Position numbers and translations under genes: made by a program
The notes under the pieces: model-generated
What the model saw: only the letters and a program-made list of their open reading frames with translations
The model's database searches: none
Told to the model about the DNA's origin: nothing
Shown: in pieces, positions 53,778 through 64,000 of the stretch
Layout: each line of letters opens with the position of its first letter
Numbering within the stretch: position 1 is the stretch's first letter
Assembly: GCA_951406725.2 (NCBI GenBank)
Contig: OX597827.1
Coordinates: forward strand, 58,962,001-59,026,000
Reading direction: 5' to 3'
From: Octopus vulgaris
Lineage: Eukaryota
DNA length: 64,000 nt

Positions 53778-54544
53778 CCGTAAATACTTGAGTATAGTTC
53801 GCCCTTGAGTATAATACGCAGGGGATTTTTAGGGGGCTGTACCTCTGAAAAACCTAAACCTTGTGTATAATACGCACCTCTTCTCTAACTTGAGTCAAGG
53901 AGGTCTATATAACGTCCTTGGTTTGTAAAAATGTATACGGTAACGTCCTTTATTATTATTGTATATATAACATAATGCAAACGTGTAGCTTTTTTGTGCA
54001 TTTTGTTTGCAGAAAATAAAGAAATAACAGTAATAACGTTTAATAAATGTTGCTTACTGCAAGTTATGGATGATTCTTTTATGACTTCATTGCTTTCAGG
54101 CTTAGCTTAAGGTATTTACGCGCCTGACATCACAAAATGCGTCTGAATAAACATTGCTGGCCAGCAAATAGAGACTTGGACATCATCATCATTATTTAAC
54201 ATCCATTTTCCATGCTAGCATGGGTTGGACGGTTCAACTGGGGTCTGGGAAGCCAGAAGGCTGCACCAGGCCCAGTCTGATCTGGCAGTGTTTCTACGGC
54301 TGGATGCCCTTCCTAACGCCAAACACTCCATGAGTGTAGTGGGTGCTTTTTACATGCCACCTACACAGGTGCCAGACGAGGCTGGCAAACGGCCACGATC
54401 GGATGGTGCTTTTTACGTGTCACCGGCAAGGGGACCATTGCTTAAAAAATATTTTTCATTTTTAACCTCGTGTATAGTACGCACTAGGGATTTTGACCTT
54501 TAAATTTTTGGGAAAAAATGCGGATTATACTCGAGGATTTACGG
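53778..54544. mobile_element. pogo/Tigger-like MITE with nested SINE (~54181-54430)
   Basis: TA|CCGTAAATACTTGAGTATA...TATACTCGAGGATTTACGG|TA. Confidence 0.75.
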
Positions 54545-54666
54545 TATGTTGTGTGAAAGCATTTTTAAAAAGAAAGCAATAAAATTCAAGTTTGAACAAA
54601 AGTAAAACAACGGAAAACTGCAAAGAAGAGCAACAAGGCAAAAGGGAAGAAGAGACGCAAACTTAC

Positions 54667-54753
54667 TGCTATTTTCAGTGTGTTGGAAGACTATCGTAAT
54701 GATAGCAGCTGCTGATTCACTTGCATACGTGGGTTCATCATGACCAAAAGTGC
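54667..54753 (-). CDS. unc-79: UNC79 exon: GTFGHDEPTYASESAAAIITIVFQHTENS
   Basis: tttctag acceptor, A|gtaag donor, 87 nt, phase 1 to 1. Confidence 0.9.
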
Positions 54754-56154
54754 CTAGAAATATTTCATAAATATCAACATACTTATATATGTGTGCATTG
54801 TGTATATCTATACAAGCATATATACACATATGTAATTGTGTACAATTCTTAGCATATTTCATTGACGAAGGTAAAGTATTTTTATAAAGAGCCAGAAACC
54901 CAGGGTCTGGAATTATCCAATTTTCACTAGTATATTTATCTATTTGTCTTTTCCCCTTGTGCTGTATTGAATACATGATGTGGCTTTAGAGTCAGGTTTT
55001 GACTCTAAAACCACACTAAAACTTATTTTATGTCCTATATGTAAAGCATATGTTATACATGTATGTATATTCTTGTAATTGTCAGTTTAGTAAATAAATA
55101 AGTTTACATAATATAATGTTTAAAAGTTGATGAATATCATCTATTGATCCCTCCATTTTCTTATTGTTCTATAAATTAATGGTAAAACATCTCTTTACCC
55201 TCACCCATTTAGTACGTGGAGGCACATGGCCTAGTGGTTAGAGCAGCGGACTCGCGGTCGAGGGATCGTGGGTTCGAATCTCAGACCTGACAATGTGTGT
55301 GTTTATGAGCGAAACACCTAAGCTCCACATGGCTCCGGCAGAAGTTAATTGCAAAACTTCTACTGACTCTTTCGCCACAACTTTCTTTCACTCTTTTCTC
55401 CTGCATCTTGCAGCTCACCTGCGATGGACCGGTGTCCCATCCAGGTGGGGAACCTATATGCCAAGGAAACCGGGAAACCAGCCCTTCTGAGCCAGGTATG
55501 GCTCGAGAAGGAACAAACAACATCCCATTTATTACACTCGGTGAAGGTGTATCAGTTTCTGTTAGTAAATGAGGTATAATAGACAAGACAATGAGGCAGA
55601 ACAGGTTGTTATTGTAGAAGAGCTACATGTCTACTCACATTTAAGAGAGAGAGTGCAAAAAGATGAAGAGAAAGGATAAAGATATAGGCACAGGCAAAGT
55701 TGTGTGGCTGTGCGTTAAGAAACTGGCTTCTCAACCACATGGTTCCGGGTTCAGTTTCACTGCATGGCACCATGGGCAAGTGTCTTCTACTATAGCCTCA
55801 GGCTGACCAAAGCCTTGTGAATGGATTTGATAGATGGAAACTGAAAGAAGCCCATTGTATATATGTGTGTGTGTGTGTGTGTGTTACTTTGTATCTATGT
55901 TTGTCACCCCCACTATCACCACCACTTGACATCTGGTGCTGGTGTGTTTACAACCCTTTAACTAAGTGGCTCAGCAAAAAAAAACCGATGGAACAAATAC
56001 CATGTTTAAAAAAATAAAAATAAATAAGTATTGGGGTTGATTCACTCGAGTAAAATTTCAAGGCTGTGTCCCAGCATGGCCACAATCTAATGACTGAAAC
56101 AGATAAAAGATATAGACAGCTATAAACAGGAAAAATATGTTAATCCTGACTTAC

Positions 56155-56325
56155 CCAATGTCATAGGAAGAAGACTGCTGCAGAGGAGGTCAATTGTATC
56201 TTTGTGTAAAGAAGGTGGGAATATTGCCAGAGTCGATGCTACAGTGTAAGGAAGGGCATTGAGCAATTCATGCTCTAGAAATGGCACCAAACATCCAAGA
56301 ACATTCGATATTGCTTCACCAAGAT
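56155..56325 (-). CDS. unc-79: UNC79 exon: DLGEAISNVLGCLVPFL...LPYTVASTLAIFPPSLHKDTIDLLCSSLLPMTL
   Basis: ttttcccag acceptor, G|gtaag donor, 171 nt, phase 1 to 1. Confidence 0.94.
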
Positions 56326-56367
56326 CTGGGAAAATATGACATTAAAAGTGATATAAGTTGTAGTAGC

Positions 56368-56410
<43 letters not shown>

Positions 56411-56464
56411 CATGATAATGACAATAATAATAATGATAATAATAATAATAATCATGATAATGAC

Positions 56465-56548
<84 letters not shown>

Positions 56549-56602
56549 CATGATAATGACAATAATAATAATAATAATAATAATCATGATAATGACAATA
56601 AC

Positions 56603-56639
<37 letters not shown>

Positions 56640-57092
56640 GACAAATACATAACAAAAACACCAGGACTTACAAATATATATATAACAGATAGAAAATTGC
56701 ACTACTGGGCACTGCACACATCCTAAGTAAAACACTTTCAATACAGTAACCATAAGAGCATCACAGCAAACTACAGCACATACCCAAGGCACAGAGAGTT
56801 GTGCTCGGTAGTGAAGAGAAAATAATAATAAAAATAAATGCGCCCTTTAAAAGCCTAACCGGGCTCATGGCTTGGTTTCCCGGTTTCTAAGGCCAGTCCA
56901 TCGCAGCGTTACTTATTTTTGCCAGCTGAGTGGACTTGAGCAACGTGAAATGAAGTGTTTTGCTCAAGAACACAATGCGTCGGCCAGCCCAGGAATCAAA
57001 ACCACAATCTTACGATCATGGTGCTGACACCCTAACCCACTAAGCCACGCGCCTCCAGAGTGAAGAGAAAGCACACTATAAAAATGAAACTA

Positions 57093-57147
<55 letters not shown>

Positions 57148-57358
57148 TTAATAATAATAATGATTTCTTTTATTGACCACAAGGGTCCAAGATACGGAGG
57201 ACAATGTTGAAGGACGATTTACAGCACAAAAAAACAAAAGCAAAAATTATAGAAACAGGTGAGGGTTTACATCAAAGGTAGATATTTCCACATTAAAGGA
57301 TACAACAGATATATAAAAGAAAGTAGAAAAATAATAATAAGTAAATAAAGTGCATATA

Positions 57359-57765
57359 GGCGTAGGAGCGGCTGTGTGGTAAGTAGCTTGCTTACGAACC
57401 ACATGGTTCCGGGTTCAGTCCCACTGCGTGGCACCTTGGACAAGTGTCTTCTACTATAGCCTCGGGCCGACCAAATCCTTGTGAGTAGATTTGGTAGACG
57501 GAAACTGAAAGAAGCCAGTCGTATATATGCATATATATGCATGTGCGTATGTGTAGGTATATGTTTGTGTGTCTGTATTTGTCCCCCCCAACATCGCTTG
57601 ACAACCGATGCTGGTGTGTTTACATCCCCGTCACTTAGTGGTTCGGCAAGAGAGACCGATAGAATAAGTACTAGGCTTACAAAGAATAAGTCCTGGGGTC
57701 GATTTGCTTGACTTAAGGCGGTGCTCCAGCATGGCTGCAGTCAAATGACTGAAACAAATAATAGA
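57359..57765 (+). mobile_element. near full-length family A tRNA-derived SINE
   Basis: ggcgtaggagcggctgtgtggtaagtagcttgc...ggttccgggttcagtccc head, internal (TG/TA) tract, tail gcagtcaaatgactgaaacaa. Confidence 0.88.
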
Positions 57766-57843
57766 ATAGAAAAAACAACTGCAACAGGCATACAGAAACA
57801 TACACACACAAACACGTGCACATGCATACACACATATACTTAC

Positions 57844-58004
57844 CGTGTTGTTTGACAAGCAGCTGAGGAACTATATCAATTATATTCAGAACTGCTTCAT
57901 ACAAGCCAGAGTAATTCAAATTTGGGAAGACAGACAAGCGGACACTGTCTCTTTGACGTGGGCCATAGCTATCAGACGGGATATCAGGAACGTCTTTAAG
58001 TACA
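57844..58004 (-). CDS. unc-79: UNC79 exon: VLKDVPDIP...PNLNYSGLYEAVLNIIDIVPQLLVKQH
   Basis: caacag acceptor, G|gtaag donor, 161 nt, phase 2 to 1. Confidence 0.93.
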
Positions 58005-58047
58005 CTGTTGGAGAAGGGAGGTAAATCAGTTAAGTGATAGTGACAAT

Positions 58048-58385
58048 GAGAAGAGATGCGATGATTTGAGAGATGAGATGAAGTGAGAAGAAATGAAATC
58101 TGATGAAATAAGATGAGATAAAATGAGAGGAAATGAAATGAAATGAGATGAATAAGATGAAATAAGATGACACTGAGGTGAACTGAAATTAGATGAGACA
58201 AAAGTAGATGAGATGAGATGAAATGAGAGAAAATTAGATGAGACTGAGATGAGATGAAAAAGAATTGGATAAAATAAGGTGGAATTAGATGAAAAGAGAT
58301 TAGATGTGGTAAAATGAAATGAAAACAAATGAGATGATGTGAGGAGAAGAAATGAGATGAAATGATATAAGATAAGATGAGGTTG
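58048..58385. repeat. degenerate pentanucleotide satellite (GAGAT/GAAAT)n
   Basis: Directly visible; ends about 45 nt from the acceptor at 58004. Confidence 0.9.
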
Positions 58386-59059
58386 ATGTCTTCAATTTTA
58401 TCCCGGCAACAATGACAAACAATAATAACCCAAGATGTGATCCAGTAAATGTGATTATATAGATATAAATATTTAGTTGAAAAATATTATGAGAACAGAG
58501 ATATGTCTTTCATCTGAATACAACCAGACTAGAGGTCACTGGCATTACAAGGTTACTTAACCTTTCAGCATTCAAGTTATCCAGTTAAATGTGAAGGCAC
58601 ATGGCTCAGTGGTTAGAGCAGCGGGCTTACAATCATGAGGTTGTGAGTTCAATTCTCGGACTGGGATGTGCGTGTTCTTGAGCAAGACACTTTATTTCAT
58701 GTTATTTCAGTTCACTCAGTTGTAGAAATGAGTTGTGATGTCACTGGTGCCAAACTGTCTCAGCCTTTGCCTTTCCCTTGGATAATGTCAGTGGTATGGA
58801 GAGGGGAGGCTGGTATGCATGGGTGACTACTGGTCTTCCATGAACAACCTTGCCCAGACTTGCGCCTTGGAGGGTAACTTTCTAGATGCAATCGCATGGT
58901 CGTTCATGACTGAAGGGGGTCTTTACCCTTTATCCAGTTAGATGTGATAGTCACTTATTCATATTGTTTTTAATAAATAATAAATTATCTTGTAGCTTCA
59001 AGATTTTGACGATATAATTGTTTATTTTAAAAAATGACAATGTAGGGGTAGATATGAAT

Positions 59060-60375
59060 GTTTGGAACATGGCTTAACAGATTCTTACATAAAGATTATG
59101 TTAATAGCACCTATAAGAAGGTGCTTTTCCATTCACCAAACTGAATGGAGCTTTGGCCAGGAGGAACTGATGTCATCAAACGGTATCCAATATTTATCGG
59201 GTGTTTCGACCCTGAACCACAACCTCCCTCCCGTTGGTGGGTCAGCAGAGGTGGCCAAGTCACTGCTCCTCATCTCCTGGCATTCAGCTTAACTCTTCTC
59301 TCTTACATTAAAGCCAACAAGAAGCTCTTTCAGCTGCTTATCCCATCCTGCATACAGCCACCCTTCACTCCTCACCTCTCATTCCAATTGCTGTAAGCAT
59401 CCTCCATGCCAACTGTGCAGGGAATCCCCTGTAGCCAATCTCAACTGCCATCCCTTCTCCCTGCAATCCTGCAGAAGGCTCTCATATCTGGCACACATAT
59501 CTCTCATCACACCCGCCTCTTTTCCCACATGACTCGTGGGTACATCTTATGGAGTTTCTACCTACACCTTTTCCACAGATCAAACATGGTCATCTACCCG
59601 AGGAGATTTGTGATTTGTCTACCTTACTACTTTCTCAGACTTTGGTTTTTGTTAAGTTAACTCTAAGGCCCTTCAATTATAGACCTTGCTTCCATACCTG
59701 GAACTTTCCTAATGATTCAGCTATATGAACAAGGTCATCAGCATAGAGGAGCTCCCAGAGCAGCCTGTTATAAATCTCTCTATTATTGCCAGAACTATGA
59801 TGGACAAGAGGGGGATGAGGACTGATCCTTGGTGAACCCCTACTTATGTCCTGAATTCTTCACTGTACTCATTGTCAACCCTCACCTTGCTGACAGTGTC
59901 CCTGTCATGGCTTGTACAGCTCTCACCAACCATTCGCCTATTCCTAGTTTCCATATTAACCACCAGATAAGGTATCGGGGAATCCTGTCAAACGCTTTTT
60001 CCAAGTCAACAAAAACCAAGTACAGAGGTTTATCTTTGGCTATGTATTTCTCCTCCAGCTGCCTTACCAGAAAAATGGCCTCAGTGGTATTATCTAGTCT
60101 AACTCTCTCCCTAGTCAGTTGGGCTATGATCTTTTCCGTGACTTTCAACAATTTGATACCTTTGTAATTATTTTTACTTAAGTCATCTCTTTTACCTTTG
60201 TAGCAATTGACTATGATGCTGCTACACTAGTCAATGGGTATGACTCCTTTATGTACAACCTGATTTACAATACAGGTGATGAGATCATAACCCACACCAC
60301 CAGATATTTTAAGCATCTCAGCAGTGATTCCGATAGGCTGGGGACTTTTCCTTTCTTCATATGCTTTATCTACCA
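59060..60375 (-). mobile_element. RTE-clade LINE reverse transcriptase fragment
   Basis: TEAIFLVRQLEEKY...FVDLEKAFDR, GVHQGSVL, WELLYADDLV; related 3' piece at 51210-51385. Confidence 0.88.
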
Positions 60376-60975
60376 AGGTACTGTCGTGTGTATATATATC
60401 AAGCGAGGTCGTTGCCAGTGCCGCTGGACTGGTTCCTGTGCAAGTGACACATAAAAAACACCATTTGAGCGTGGCCGTTGCCAGTACCGCCTGACTGCCC
60501 CTTGTGCTAGTGGCACATAAAAGCACCCACTACACTCTCGGAGTGGTTGGTGTTAGGAAGGCATCCAGCTGTAGAAACTCTGACAGATCAGATTGGAGCC
60601 TGGCGCAGCCATCTGGTTTGCCAGTCCTCAGTCAAATCGTCCAACCCATGCCAGCATGGAAAGCAGACATTAAACGAACAATGATGATGTATGAGTGTGT
60701 GTCTCTGTGTCTGTTTTTGACCCCCACCACCACTTGACAACTGGTGTCGGTGTATTTATGTCCCTATAACAAAAGATATTGGTACAATAAATATTGGGGA
60801 TCCATTCATTTGAACATAAATTCCTCAAATCAGTGCCCCAGCATAGCCACAGCTTAATGACTGAAACAAGTATAGGTCAACAGAAAAATAGTTTACTGTG
60901 ACATAATATAAAACATATTTTTAATATAACATATATATAGACTAAAAACAAAACCCTACAAACACCATGACTTAC

Positions 60976-61096
60976 CTAAGTAACGTCTGTGAAAAGTACT
61001 TCAAAGTGTTAACTATATCCACTCCGCTTTGTTCAGGCAGCATGTCATTCCTAATGCGATTTTGGTACTCTTGTAAAGTCTGAATTTTTGATGTGA
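60976..61096 (-). CDS. unc-79: UNC79 exon (probably exon 2): (F)TSKIQTLQEYQNRIRNDMLPEQSGVDIVNTLKYFSQTLL(S)
   Basis: tttcag acceptor, AG|gtaag donor, 121 nt, phase 1 to 2. Confidence 0.93.
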
Positions 61097-61165
61097 CTGA
61101 AATTGATAAAAGATGGGCAGAATATATGAGATATTGATGATGACGATGAAGGTGATGATATATAT

Positions 61166-61198
<33 letters not shown>

Positions 61199-61258
61199 TA
61201 CATATGTATACATAAATATATATACATAAAAATACATATACATATGTGTGTGTGTTTG

Positions 61259-61298
<40 letters not shown>

Positions 61299-62039
61299 TT
61301 TTTTGTACTTGTTTCAAGATGCGGCCATGCTGGAGCACCAAATGGAGAAATACATCTAAATCAAATATCAAGGTGTTTTCGCTCAGATAATACAGCCGGT
61401 CAATCACATACAAGTTTATTAAACCACCACATAAGAGACTGTAGGGTTAAATCAAATATCAAAAGCATAAACAAATCAGTATTAAACCACCACATAAAGG
61501 AATGTAAACATAAAAAAGAACAAATCAGTGTACATAAAGGAATGTACATAAAAGAGTAATGTTGTATAATAAGTAGAATATATATAAAAGAGAATATAAA
61601 TATAAGTAAATATAAATATAAGTATAGGTTACATCTTACAGCTGTTTCGGCCATGTAGATAAGTATGTCTCATTTTACCAATATTAGCCCTTTATGGTTG
61701 GTCAATATATAGATATAAATGAGACATTTACAAAAATATCATAAGGCCTCTTCGGAGATTATGTAATATGTATATTTGCATCTAGGTACTAATTTGTGTA
61801 TGTTTATTATCACAATATTAAGTCGAAAAACTGAGACATTGAATGTGGAACACATATATATGTTTACTAATTTATATTATTTATTTATATCCCTAATTTT
61901 TGTGGTTATAGAACCTAGTTGTTCTTTTTAGCGTGTTGAATCCTGTGAGTGGATTCATAATATTGTGTACCTAATCAACATTACCTGTACAGGTGTATGA
62001 TGTACCATGCAATCAAGATGTACCTTGAAATCAAGAGGA

Positions 62040-62665
62040 CTGATCCTGATGTCTACAACTCTTTCCTGCAATCAGACCTAGACACAATGCAGCAAAAGAC
62101 TTTTGTTAGCCGCTCTCCAGCCATCTATTTAAAACTGTATACAGCTATGGTACGACCACACTTGGTATTCGCATCATCAGTTTGGAATCCCTATCTTGCT
62201 CAGAACATTGACCCCCTGGAATCTGTCCAGAGACGTGCAACCAAACGCATACCCTCCATCAGACACCTACCATATTCTGAGCGCCTTGTTTCCCTGGGCA
62301 TGGATTCACTGAAGCTCCGGCGTCTAGCGACGGACTTAGTAAACACCCACAAGGTTATCAACCACCTCACCAACAACAACACTGAACACCTTTTTGATCT
62401 CCATGTGTCTAACACACGTGGACATGCCTACAAAGTCAGAAAACAGCACAGCTCCCATGACTTTTGGAAACATTTTTTCACGCTCAGGGTTGCTGAAGCG
62501 TGGAATAAACTGCCTGCATCAGTTGTTGACTGCCATGACACTGCATCCTTTAAGGCCCTCATGCTTCCCGAAATCCGTCGAAACTACACCTGATTATATA
62601 TACACTTTAGATGAGTTGTAGTGCACCTGAGCACTGTACACAATTATTATTATTATTATTATTAT
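62040..62665 (+). mobile_element. CR1/L2-like LINE 3' fragment with (ATT)n tail
   Basis: LYTAMVRPHLVFASSVWNPY...LESVQRRATK...TRGHAYK...FFTLRVAEAWNKLP. Confidence 0.9.
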
Positions 62666-64000
62666 ATCGAAGTGATCCCAGAGCAGTATGAAATGAAGTG
62701 TTCTACTCATGAACATAATGCACCACACTGTCTAGGAATCGAACCCACGATCTCGAGATCGTGAGTGCAACACCCTAACCACTAGGCCAAGCGCTCTCAA
62801 CATGCTGTACTACAGCATCATTATACGAATATTAAACATGACCATCAGAAACACTATCAAAACCACCACAACAAGCCAACAAAAATGCTTTTACATAATC
62901 ACATGAACAACAGCTGCCTAAAGTACTATCGTCTTTAAAACCTAAAACTGCATCAAATAATGCAGCGTTAGATACGAAAAGCAAAGGGCGGGATAGTCAT
63001 TGCTTGGGTGTTTTTTAATCATGTCTGTTCAATGTAGGCAGACCATGGGTTAAACAATAACGTCCGTCATTTTGTTTGCACATTATTATCGAACAGGGTA
63101 GTTTTGTATCTTTTAAGGCTGAAGATTTTTGTTTATTTAGTTCAAGTCAATCGTACCTGGGCAAACGTATTAGCATATGCATTCCATTCTGTCTTTTATT
63201 TATGAATCATGTTTTCTTTCCAAATAGCCTACATCCCTTTTTTTAAGAGTTCGAGGGACATTTCTTATAGGTCAATCGACCACGTAGAGGTTATAAGACA
63301 ACATTTATTACAATCTATTGAATAAACTTCCGTACATATCGGATCTCCAACCCTTGGACAGATGAAATTAAAGCACTGTTAGAACATTTTATAGTCCGGT
63401 GTGGTTTACATTTTTCTACTACACCATTATTCGAGTAATATTTCTTGTATGCATTTAAAATTTTAACGAAACTATTTGTAAAACTGTTTATATAACATCT
63501 CCGCAAAACGAAACAGTCAACTACAATTATTTTAATAACAATTATTTTAATAACAGTATATTAAATGAAACAAGTGACAGAAGAAAATTGGCGGCAGCAT
63601 ATGAAATACTTATAAAATAGATGTTACCATCACGACTGAAGGTAACTAAAACTAGTCTGGAATTTGAGTGGTGATAATACTATATAAGGCCGAACTATTT
63701 TAAAGTACAGGATTTAATTCCTTCGAGGTGGGTCTACAAATAACGGTAATTAATACTTGCTCCCATAGAGGAAGAAGAATTAATGAAAAAGGTTTACGAA
63801 ATCGTAAATCATTCATGTCCTTAAAAAAACACGTAAACGTATATTTTATCTACATATATAGATAAAATGAAAATAAAATTTTAAAAAAAAACGAGGAATC
63901 ATCTTAAACACATTACCATCAAGTTAGATAATATTACTTAAACGAAAGACTACAAATTTATAAGAGATGCGGAAATGAGATGTGTATAAACGTAGTGGAA

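Noticed and set aside
61997-62593. 198-aa plus-strand ORF as a nested gene
   Set aside because: It is the C-terminal part of a CR1/L2-like LINE ORF2, with another copy at 32725-33051.
63315-63506. 63-aa minus-strand ORF as unc-79 first exon
   Set aside because: No resemblance to the expected short UNC79 N-terminus and no phase-1 donor in its frame; exon 1 is probably beyond 64000.

Overview
Eukaryotic, very AT-rich, microsatellite- and SINE-dense animal DNA; the repeat families look like octopus (coleoid cephalopod) SINEs, which is my recognition and not a database result. The window is dominated by one minus-strand gene, an unc-79 homolog (auxiliary subunit of the NALCN sodium-leak channel complex). 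I reconstructed 24 consecutive GT-AG exons (61096 down to 24789; 3423 nt, 1141 codons) with consistent phases and no stops. The first coding exon appears to lie beyond 64000, and no further clearly conserved exon is visible in 1-24788, which is probably one long intron with a few microexon candidates. The introns hold SINEs, LINE fragments (Penelope-like, RLE-type, CR1/L2-like, RTE), Tc1/mariner, pogo, piggyBac-like and Helitron-like elements. Most notable: (1) a 4x65-bp tandem array that multiplies an unc-79 splice acceptor, where three decoy copies lead to a premature stop, plus a duplicated donor at the next exon; (2) several families of minimal type I hammerhead-ribozyme-like motifs in foldback repeats, including a G3:C8 core-swapped variant; (3) an intron-containing Tc1 (DD34E) transposase fossil; (4) many long intronic hairpins that are candidate ADAR substrates.
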